From the IMG/VR virus record IMGVR_UViG_3300042868_005134, positions 186,001-250,000 of that record: a stretch of DNA of 64,000 bases. The stretch is one strand, 5' to 3'. The position numbers were made by a program, and so were the translations under genes. Of this stretch, positions 57,204 to 64,000 are shown in pieces. How positions within the stretch are numbered: position 1 is the stretch's first letter; each line of letters begins with the position of its first letter. The notes below the pieces were generated by a model. The model worked only from the letters and a program-made list of their open reading frames with translations, was not told the DNA's origin and ran no database searches.

Positions 57204-57520
57204 TTTAATTTCTTGTTATTTAAAAATTTGTTGGTGTGTTTGGTTATATCTTTTTTAATTCGATTAGTATCTAATTTAAAATCGACATTTTCGATAGTAT
57301 CTTCATATTCTAATACAATCTCTTTCATCTGCCGTTCAAAGTTACCCCAACTTCCTTCATTAAGTTCTTTTTCTAATTCTATTTCCCAAATCTTTTTATT
57401 TTTGAATGTAATTGTAACCGAATGAAGATATCGGAGAGGAACTACATTAAGTGTTATCTCTCCGAATACTTCGGGCCAGCGATCTATTACGTCTTTGGGA
57501 AGTGTTTTCCCACGTGTCAC
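57200..57520 (-). CDS. Hypothetical protein
   Basis: 106-aa ORF overlapping both neighbours by 4 nt. Confidence 0.7.
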   Translation of the reverse strand: MTRGKTLPKDVIDRWPEVFGEITLNVVPLRYLHSVTITFKNKKIWEIELEKELNEGSWGNFERQMKEIVLEYEDTIENVDFKLDTNRIKKDITKHTNKFLNNKKLK

Positions 57521-58137
57521 TTTACTTTCTTCGTAGGCACAAGTTCTTCAGCTTTACGTCTAAAATCAGCAGCCTGTTTTGCTAACTTGTCTGCGTCACT
57601 TCTAAACTTTTTAGCCTGAGCTTCAGGGCTAAGATTTTCTACCATGGGTTGAATATCTTCGTTTACACTTTGTGATGTGGTTTTTGCCGAAGGGCTAATG
57701 TCTTTGACAGTGGCCACATCGACAACTTCAACGTTAGTAGGAATTTTTACTACGTCTTTAACAGCTAAATCATCCACTGCAATTCCACGTTGCTCTGCAA
57801 TTAACTGATTAAGTTCATCTAGGCTAATGCGTGTTGTAAAATTTGGAATCATTTCAACTTCACTAGTAGATACTTTTGTTAACATACCCTTAGTGTGTAA
57901 ACTAGGCAGCATTGTACTACCATCTGGAAACTTTGCTCTGGCTAGTACTTCAGAAAATTCAAATGCTTCCTGTGCTGAATTATTTTCTACAAGCTGTATT
58001 AGAGCATCGTGGTAACTATCGGACAAATTTTCTGTTGGGATGATTAGACAACTGTAAGAATCGCCGGGCAATGTCCTGTACGCTACTAATACTTTACGGC
58101 CAGTTTTTTTCATTCGGCCTACGTGTTTAATATCCAT
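57517..58137 (-). CDS. Hypothetical protein
   Basis: 206-aa ORF, SD AGGAG, coiled-coil-like C-terminus. Confidence 0.75.
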   Translation of the reverse strand: MDIKHVGRMKKTGRKVLVAYRTLPGDSYSCLIIPTENLSDSYHDALIQLVENNSAQEAFEFSEVLARAKFPDGSTMLPSLHTKGMLTKVSTSEVEMIPNFTTRISLDELNQLIAEQRGIAVDDLAVKDVVKIPTNVEVVDVATVKDISPSAKTTSQSVNEDIQPMVENLSPEAQAKKFRSDADKLAKQAADFRRKAEELVPTKKVK

Positions 58138-58138
58138 A

Positions 58139-58384
58139 TTATTCTCCTTGAGCAGGCGCTGCAGGTTGTGCTTTCTGCGCCGCTTCTAAGAAGCTATTTA
58201 ATTTATCAAACAATACACCAACGCTTGATAATTCGATAGCTTTGAATGCGCCGCGTGTAGTTACTACGTCGATTAGATTACGCATAGCAATTAAATCATT
58301 AATGTTAAGTTCTGGCGCTGCAGCGGGTGCGGCCTCTACCGGCGTTTCGACGCCATTTTGTTCTGTTACAACTTGTTCAATCAT
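58139..58384 (-). CDS. Small hypothetical protein (paralog A)
   Basis: SD AGGAG; 'DL.AM...ID....RG.FK..E...VG....KL' shared with the adjacent gene. Confidence 0.75.
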   Translation of the reverse strand: MIEQVVTEQNGVETPVEAAPAAAPELNINDLIAMRNLIDVVTTRGAFKAIELSSVGVLFDKLNSFLEAAQKAQPAAPAQGE

Positions 58385-58590
58385 TTTGTTTCTCCTTGGT
58401 TTTGTTTAACACCTTCTAAAAAGGTTGTTAGTTTGTTATAAGTTTGCCCGACAATCATCATTTCGTTCGGTTTAAACGTACCTCTAGCACTTGCGATATC
58501 GATAATGCTTTTCATTGCCGCTAAATCGGTAAGTGTTAATTGAGCAGGATCCTGTTGAGGAACCTCTTGGTTATTAGTTTCTTCAGTCAT
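58381..58590 (-). CDS. Small hypothetical protein (paralog B)
   Basis: SD GAGGAG; same motif as the adjacent gene. Confidence 0.75.
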   Translation of the reverse strand: MTEETNNQEVPQQDPAQLTLTDLAAMKSIIDIASARGTFKPNEMMIVGQTYNKLTTFLEGVKQNQGETK

Positions 58591-58630
58591 ATAAACTCCT
58601 CGTAAATTATATATGCTTATAATTTATCTA

Positions 58631-58909
58631 TTAGGCTAAATGTGGACAAGCAAGTCTGAAAAAACTAAGTTCTTTTTCAGATTCGAATCCTATACGTGTA
58701 GTATAAATTATGGTATTGTCGATAATGCCTATGTATTGCCCTACATAATATCGACTATTAAGATTGGCATAGATCCAGCGATCTATATGATTAGACAATA
58801 CAGGATTGTACTTGGGTACATCTGTATAGTGAAAATGATGCGCTGGAAACGAGACTTTTCTCAGATCCAGCGCATTAAGCGGATTTATTTTACCGTTTTT
58901 TAACGCCAT
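58631..58909 (-). CDS. Hypothetical protein
   Basis: 92-aa ORF coupled by a TAATG overlap to the vWA gene. Confidence 0.65.
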   Translation of the reverse strand: MALKNGKINPLNALDLRKVSFPAHHFHYTDVPKYNPVLSNHIDRWIYANLNSRYYVGQYIGIIDNTIIYTTRIGFESEKELSFFRLACPHLA

Positions 58910-60120
58910 TAACTACTTGCTTCTTCTTCGTAATAAGCATGGGCGCCCCAAGGTGGCACAATGCTGGTAGTACCGTGAATAATAAACACTGTATCGCAGT
59001 AGTTTTCATCACCCCATGAATCCCACGGATAACCGTCTGTGAACATGATAAACTTCTTAGGGTTAATGTCATGTTGCTTCATGTATTCCCAGTTAGCCAT
59101 AAAGTCAGTACCACCACCGCCCATTGGTTCGTACTCGGTAATATCGTTGCCGCCGTAACCGTCGAAGTCTTGTTCGTTATAGACTTTAGTATCGAAACAC
59201 CAAACTTTAATACTGTAGTCCTTGTACTCGTCCATAATGCCTTTAATTTCAGTTAAGAAATCTTTAGCTTGCTCATCGCTAATAGAACCTGACATGTCAA
59301 TACTAATACAAATGTCGATAGTTTCATCAAAATTCATACCTGGCAAAATAGCACCAGTGTGCCATGCCTTACGACTAGGACGACTAAAGGTATAGTCATG
59401 CTTGATAGTGCTTTGAATTTGCTGACGCAAAATTTGACGCCAGTTCATTTTAGGTTCTGTCAACTCACGGATTATACGCTGAATTTCAGCAGGAGTGTTA
59501 CCTGCTCCAGCAGTCTGCGCCGCGGTGATAGTAGCTTCGCGAATTTCGTCACGAATCTTTTTCAATTCTTCTTTACTATATTGTGGCCGACCTTTACCGG
59601 ATCCGGGTTGATTACCACTACCATCGCCATCACCTTTTTGCCAATCGATATGTTCGTCGAGCAATTGACCAAGAGCAGACAAACTTTGTTCGTCCATGTC
59701 TTCGTAAATTTCGTCGTACACTTGTTCAGCACTTTTGCCGTAATGCTTAGGATCGTGGAAAATTTTAATACCTTTTGGCTGATCTCCAATACGGTCTCGA
59801 ACCAATTGCCCATTTACACAATAGTCGATTGCGGCATTCCAAATGCCTCGATCTCTGCCTTCTGTGCGGGCAATGTGGTCAAATACATTGTGTAGGATTT
59901 CGTGTGCCACCACAAACTCAACTTCTTTAGCACTGAGTTTTTCAAAGAACGGTCGGCTGTAGTACAGGCTGCGCCCATCTGTAGCCGCAGTATTACACCA
60001 TTCGCTGGCATCGACAATTTTCAATCGCGTTGCCATGTTGCCAAAGAAAGGATGGCGGAGTAGCAAACCAATCCGTGCTACAATAATTTTATCAACAATT
60101 GGGTCTAAATCATGCGACAT
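58909..60120 (-). CDS. vWA-domain protein with N-terminal HExxH putative metallopeptidase (DUF2201-like)
   Basis: 'TAATDG', 'VVAHEILH', MIDAS 'IDMSGSI', 'GGGGTDF', 'FTDGY'; adjacent to a MoxR ATPase. Confidence 0.85.
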   Translation of the reverse strand: MSHDLDPIVDKIIVARIGLLLRHPFFGNMATRLKIVDASEWCNTAATDGRSLYYSRPFFEKLSAKEVEFVVAHEILHNVFDHIARTEGRDRGIWNAAIDYCVNGQLVRDRIGDQPKGIKIFHDPKHYGKSAEQVYDEIYEDMDEQSLSALGQLLDEHIDWQKGDGDGSGNQPGSGKGRPQYSKEELKKIRDEIREATITAAQTAGAGNTPAEIQRIIRELTEPKMNWRQILRQQIQSTIKHDYTFSRPSRKAWHTGAILPGMNFDETIDICISIDMSGSISDEQAKDFLTEIKGIMDEYKDYSIKVWCFDTKVYNEQDFDGYGGNDITEYEPMGGGGTDFMANWEYMKQHDINPKKFIMFTDGYPWDSWGDENYCDTVFIIHGTTSIVPPWGAHAYYEEEASS

Positions 60121-60149
60121 ACTTGCTCCTGTTATTTGCTATAGTATAT

Positions 60150-60178
60150 ATTATAACACCGCCCGCAGGCGGTGTCAA
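60150..60178 (-). promoter_or_regulatory. Consensus sigma70 promoter for the vWA gene
   Basis: TTGACA, 17 bp, TATAAT on the minus strand; SD AGGAG downstream. Confidence 0.88.
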
Positions 60179-60195
60179 TTGGATTTGGCTACTAA

Positions 60196-61287
60196 TCAAC
60201 GCTTTTCTGTGGCCGCCGCAATGTACTTACCGAACTTAGCATGGAATGCGTCAAAACACTCAATCTCATCTGGATCCAAAGGCAGTTGATATTGTGTCAA
60301 CGCAAGTTTAGTACCCATAACAACCAATTCAGTTTCGAAATTGTCCATCATGAATTGGAAGAAACAGTTAACTTTATCGTTAAAGCCTTTGTCGTTTTTA
60401 TCAGACGCATCTTTCAATTCATAGCACAGGGACACAGTCAAAGAGTACATGGCACTAATTTCTTTAGTATCCATTTTCTTAACCTTGCCCTTGAGAATCT
60501 CTGTAGGGTTAGGCAGTTTAGAGGCAATCTTACGATGAGCCATAAACTTAATGGCAAGACCTTCACCAACCGCACCCGACACTAAATCTGTCAAAGTGTT
60601 TTCGTCTTCGTCGTCATCAAACAACAGTTCACTAACAAATGCCCAGCTACGTGGAGTGGCAAATGCCTTTGAGCTAGAACGAGGATCAAAATCGTACAAG
60701 TCTTTCTTGCTAAAAGTCAAAAAGCCCACAACGTCTTTGTGTTGGCGATTTTCAGTAGCCCAGCTAAAGTAGTCGTCCCAATCAACACGCATCTCCATGT
60801 GAACAAAACGGTTAGCCAACGGAGCAGGCATACGATAAGTAACGCCCTTGTCAGCTTCACGGTTACCTGCTGCCACAATGAACACATTGTCAGGCAGTTT
60901 ATAAGTACCTACGCGGCGATTCAAAACCAACTGATAAGCCGCTGCCTGTACAGCAGGAGCCGCACTGTTCATTTCGTCCATGAACAGGATAATGTTTTTA
61001 TGCTTGGACGCTTCGACTTCGTTAGGCAACTCAATTGGAGGAGCCCATGCCATGCGGCTAGTGTTAGCATCAAAGTAAGGGATACCTTTAATGTCAGTAG
61101 GTTCCCACAAGCTCAAACGAATATCAATAACATGAGCTTCTAATTCTTCGCCCAATTGCTTGACAATATCTGACTTACCAATTCCGGGAGGACCCCAAAG
61201 GAACACAGGACGTTGTGCCTTAAAAGCACGACGAAGGGACTTTTTAGCGGCTTTAGGGCCAACGGTGCGTGAAACAATCTCGCTCAT
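60196..61287 (-). CDS. MoxR-like AAA+ ATPase
   Basis: Walker A 'GPPGIGKS', Walker B 'ILFMDE', 'AAGNR', 'PLANRF', 'TPRSW'. Confidence 0.9.
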   Translation of the reverse strand: MSEIVSRTVGPKAAKKSLRRAFKAQRPVFLWGPPGIGKSDIVKQLGEELEAHVIDIRLSLWEPTDIKGIPYFDANTSRMAWAPPIELPNEVEASKHKNIILFMDEMNSAAPAVQAAAYQLVLNRRVGTYKLPDNVFIVAAGNREADKGVTYRMPAPLANRFVHMEMRVDWDDYFSWATENRQHKDVVGFLTFSKKDLYDFDPRSSSKAFATPRSWAFVSELLFDDDEDENTLTDLVSGAVGEGLAIKFMAHRKIASKLPNPTEILKGKVKKMDTKEISAMYSLTVSLCYELKDASDKNDKGFNDKVNCFFQFMMDNFETELVVMGTKLALTQYQLPLDPDEIECFDAFHAKFGKYIAAATEKR

Positions 61288-61336
61288 ATATACTCCAGGG
61301 TTAAAAAAACGTTGTAAACTAAGTGTCTATGTATGT

Positions 61337-61365
61337 ATTATAAACGATATCTGTGCCCACGTCAA
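61337..61365 (-). promoter_or_regulatory. Sigma70-type promoter for the MoxR ATPase
   Basis: TTGACG, 17 bp, TATAAT on the minus strand. Confidence 0.82.
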
Positions 61366-61372
61366 CTGTTTT

Positions 61373-61780
61373 TTAACTTTTTTCTTCGTTTTGAGCATCC
61401 TTTTTTCGAGCATTCATAGCTTTGACTAGTCCATATTTTCGAATATCATCCGAAAACATGTATAGCTCAAAAGCCTTTTTTTCCGAAAAAACGGTTAAAC
61501 TTTGTCCTGTTAAGAAATAAGGGCAGTCCAAATAGTTGTCAAAAAATATGATTGTTTGGGGACTAAGTTCAATTTTATCTGTGAAAGGAACTTCAAATTC
61601 TTCCAATTTAAGTTCGCCAATTAAAAATTCATATCCTTCTAGACTCAGTCGCAGTGCTCCGGATTCTTTGGTACGTTTACTTTGCCACCATTTGTGTAAG
61701 TGTAGTTTGACATTGGCTTCATCCGTACTACGTTCCATTGATTTAAGGAAAATTCTAGTGTAAAGTTCTCGACTAATCAT
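61373..61780 (-). CDS. Hypothetical protein
   Basis: 135-aa ORF with an ATGA overlap to the upstream gene. Confidence 0.7.
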   Translation of the reverse strand: MISRELYTRIFLKSMERSTDEANVKLHLHKWWQSKRTKESGALRLSLEGYEFLIGELKLEEFEVPFTDKIELSPQTIIFFDNYLDCPYFLTGQSLTVFSEKKAFELYMFSDDIRKYGLVKAMNARKKDAQNEEKS

Positions 61781-62637
61781 AATTGATCTTTTATTTTTTT
61801 AAACACATTTTCAGCAAATCTTCTATGTGACATTTTACCAAGGTGCATGCCATCTCTTGCCACGTCTTGATGATTAAAAGTTATATCTAAATTATTAAAA
61901 TTTGATAATCTATCACATATTGTTTGTATTATATTACAATCTGGATTATTGGACCATGTGTTTTCTTGATTTTCTATTCCGATATGGTAGTGTATTTTAG
62001 ATTCTTTAAATCTAGCAAGAGTGTTGATTAACATCAAATTTTTATAACTTTCAAAAGCGGCATAGCCCTCGTCCATAAATGTTGGATCTGCTTTAGTTAA
62101 CTTTCTCTGTAGACTGTCAGAATATTCCGCATACTCCTGCCAATTTGGAACATAGTCTACTACTGCATCTTCTAATATAATCTCACGTCTGTACATACCA
62201 GGAACTGAAAAAAATATTAATTTTGGATTAAGTTTGTGTATATGTTTTTCTAATAGCATTGCCTGTCTATCTATACTCGATCCAGCTGTTGCCAAGTTCC
62301 AAAACGGAATTTTTTTACCTGTATAGTCTTTAATTTTGTTTAACAGTACGTTTGACCATACATCTTGAATTTCTAAACCAACTCCTGATGTATGACTACA
62401 CCCTAAAAATACTATAGGTAGTTCACTGGTAGTTGTAAATTCGTCGCATCTAAATCTTTGACTATTGTACTTATAACTGTATGTTTTTGATCGTTCCAAT
62501 GCCAAGTTGGGGTGTTCTTTTAAATCATGATTTGACCAAAATCGTGGTTCGTCAGTCGCACAAAAAATATGTTCTGAACCACCTTCGTAAAAGCAAACAG
62601 TACTGGCGTGATCTAGAAGATGATTTATGCGACTCAT
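61777..62637 (-). CDS. SGNH/GDSL hydrolase-like protein
   Basis: Block I 'FLGCSHTSG', block II 'NLATAGSS', block V 'RDGMHLG' (DxxH). Confidence 0.6.
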   Translation of the reverse strand: MSRINHLLDHASTVCFYEGGSEHIFCATDEPRFWSNHDLKEHPNLALERSKTYSYKYNSQRFRCDEFTTTSELPIVFLGCSHTSGVGLEIQDVWSNVLLNKIKDYTGKKIPFWNLATAGSSIDRQAMLLEKHIHKLNPKLIFFSVPGMYRREIILEDAVVDYVPNWQEYAEYSDSLQRKLTKADPTFMDEGYAAFESYKNLMLINTLARFKESKIHYHIGIENQENTWSNNPDCNIIQTICDRLSNFNNLDITFNHQDVARDGMHLGKMSHRRFAENVFKKIKDQL

Positions 62638-62918
62638 TTAACGATTTCTCCAGCAGTTAATCTAACCACCTGAAAATCACCACAATCGAACATCTGATTT
62701 AATTTTTTTGCTAGATTGATAGCATGTCCAGGGTTGCTAAATGATACTTTCTTATATTTAGGACCTGGGTAGGATGTAAGGCTGTTAAAGCTCTTTAAAT
62801 TGAAAGGTTCGTTTTTGTAAAATACTGCCCAAATAGCATCGGACTCTAAAACTTGTTCGGTTTTATAGTTCTTTTTATTGGTGTATTCTAAAAGTACCTT
62901 AGGCTTGGGTCTACTCAT
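62634..62918 (-). CDS. Hypothetical protein (basic, 94 aa)
   Basis: SD AAGGA, upstream TAAATA box, overlap with the next gene. Confidence 0.75.
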   Translation of the reverse strand: MSRPKPKVLLEYTNKKNYKTEQVLESDAIWAVFYKNEPFNLKSFNSLTSYPGPKYKKVSFSNPGHAINLAKKLNQMFDCGDFQVVRLTAGEIVK

Positions 62919-62949
62919 ATATGCGTCCTTAATATACGCATATATTTAT
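62917..62949 (-). promoter_or_regulatory. Late-like ATAAATA box overlapped by a 10-bp hairpin masking the start site
   Basis: ATATATGCGT (62917-62926) / ACGCATATAT (62936-62945) perfect inverted repeat; ATAAATA on the minus strand at 62943-62949. Confidence 0.6.
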
Positions 62950-62952
62950 CAT

Positions 62953-63195
62953 CTAGGTAGTGGAAAATCCCCCACCATCCATTTTGATAGTAACTTCGCT
63001 GCCTTGCGCCTGTGCCAATTTGCTTAACAATTCGTCTTGATCTTCTAGCAATTTGGCAGTTATTTCACCTAGACTATAAGCCAGCATCTTTGCTGACTTA
63101 ATGTCTATTTTTACTTCTTTTTGCTGTGCCAATTCAGCACTTTTTACCTGCTGAATAAACTGCTGAATAGGCAGTGTGTTAATTGGATTTGACAT
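62953..63195 (-). CDS. Hypothetical protein
   Basis: 80-aa ORF within the minus-strand gene run. Confidence 0.65.
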   Translation of the reverse strand: MSNPINTLPIQQFIQQVKSAELAQQKEVKIDIKSAKMLAYSLGEITAKLLEDQDELLSKLAQAQGSEVTIKMDGGGFSTT

Positions 63196-63658
63196 TACTT
63201 AGTACCTGTTTCATTTCAAATTCTGTTTTAAAAGGTCCACGGTTCTCGTAGCGTTCAATTGTAATTAGTTTAGGGCAGAAACTTTTAACCCAACCTTTGT
63301 CAAATCGAATAATATAATAACCTGCGCAATACAAACTTTTGCTAGCTTCACTTTTTGTAAACAGGGGCAATTTCTTTTGTACATTATACATGGGATTACA
63401 TGGAGTACAGCTTGTTGGATACCCGTGTACATCTTTGCTTTCATCTTGACTAATAGTAGTTGTAATTTTACCACTAAAAAAATCCTTCCCGAATGCTTTA
63501 ATAAGCTCTTCTTTTTTGCCAAAGAAACTACTGCCGTCTTTGCCACTTAACATATATTTGTTATTTTCTTTCTTGTGTAATGTACCAATCTTTTCTCCGT
63601 CTTGTTCTACAATCCAAAACTTGCCATCTACGATGGGCTTGGCGTGAATTTCTGTCAT
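63179..63658 (-). CDS. Hypothetical protein
   Basis: ATG at 63658 has a GAGGA SD; the ORF track start at 63721 is an in-frame alternative. Confidence 0.7.
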   Translation of the reverse strand: MTEIHAKPIVDGKFWIVEQDGEKIGTLHKKENNKYMLSGKDGSSFFGKKEELIKAFGKDFFSGKITTTISQDESKDVHGYPTSCTPCNPMYNVQKKLPLFTKSEASKSLYCAGYYIIRFDKGWVKSFCPKLITIERYENRGPFKTEFEMKQVLSNVKSN

Positions 63659-63717
63659 AATATTTTCCTCACAATCTTGTGTTTCATTTGGACATGTATT
63701 TTTATATAAACATATTG

Positions 63718-64000
63718 TCATTTGTATTTTGCCTGAAATGGTTCAGCATACTGCTGAATGCTGTCAATCATACGTTTCATATCGTATAGTTGACAAAATT
63801 TTAATAGTCTAATGCCCACTTGATCAACAGTCTTGGGTACAGCATTAGTTGTAATTGTTTCTTTAATAAAAGACTTAATGTCTTCAGGCTGTGCTTTAAG
63901 GTCGATCAGCTGACGATTACGGTGGTAGTCATCTAGCACCCTGTGTTCACCGCCATTGTGATCAACCCACCTCTGCAACATGAGATTGTTCCACGCGAAG
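63718..64000 (-). CDS. 3' end of an RNase H / 5'-3' exonuclease (T4 rnh-like), truncated by the window edge
   Basis: 'WNNLMLQRW...YHRNRQLIDL...P.DI' matches the C-terminal RNxxLIDL motif of T4 RNase H-like nucleases; the frame is open to the window edge. Confidence 0.7.
   Translation of the reverse strand, partial: FAWNNLMLQRWVDHNGGEHRVLDDYHRNRQLIDLKAQPEDIKSFIKETITTNAVPKTVDQVGIRLLKFCQLYDMKRMIDSIQQYAEPFQAKYK

Noticed and set aside
59071-61763. Plus-strand ORFs up to 178 aa opposite the vWA and MoxR genes
   Set aside because: Antisense shadows of codon-biased genes, with no start signals or protein motifs.
1-64000. Stop-codon reassignment as seen in some jumbo phages
   Set aside because: The standard code gives dense, full-length genes including a 4651-aa ORF; TAA, TGA and at least one TAG (62953) act as stops.
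1-64000. tRNA, rRNA or other structured RNA genes
   Set aside because: Intergenic gaps are all under about 90 nt and are taken up by promoter elements; no cloverleaf or T-loop motif was recognised.

Overview
This 64 kb window reads as part of a large, AT-rich, T4-superfamily-like (myovirus or jumbo) phage genome using the standard genetic code. It has four blocks. (1) 96-28899 (+): baseplate and tail genes, namely gp25-like and gp6-like wedge proteins, a 4651-aa multidomain virion protein and several modular tail-fibre-like proteins. (2) 28971-51398: a translationally coupled run of four glycosyltransferase-like genes and a methyltransferase that leads into an array of 12 radical-SAM (CxxxCxxC) enzymes of four architectures, interspersed with an SDR, a nitroreductase-like protein and a 2OG-Fe(II)-type oxygenase. 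(3) 51386-56515 (-): a nucleotide-sugar operon with Gmd, a His-type ColD-like dehydratase, an Fcl/ColC-like epimerase-reductase, a nucleotidyltransferase-PMI cupin fusion and a GT10-like transferase, which together predict GDP-L-colitose synthesis and transfer. (4) 56523-64000 (-): thyX, small hypothetical genes, a MoxR AAA+/vWA-metallopeptidase pair, an SGNH-like hydrolase and the 3' end of an RNase H/5'-3' exonuclease. Regulatory signals visible in the sequence are three near-perfect sigma70 promoters, many T4-late-like TAAATA boxes (five sit exactly 4 nt before an ATG, suggesting leaderless mRNAs), two back-to-back divergent TAAATA pairs, and hairpins that overlap promoters and mask start sites. 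The best candidate for an undescribed system is the glycosyltransferase / 12 radical-SAM / colitose supercluster next to the tail genes, possibly a virion-surface glycan building and tailoring pathway. All family calls come from motif recognition by eye; no database searches were run. No tRNA, rRNA, CRISPR array or mobile element was recognised.
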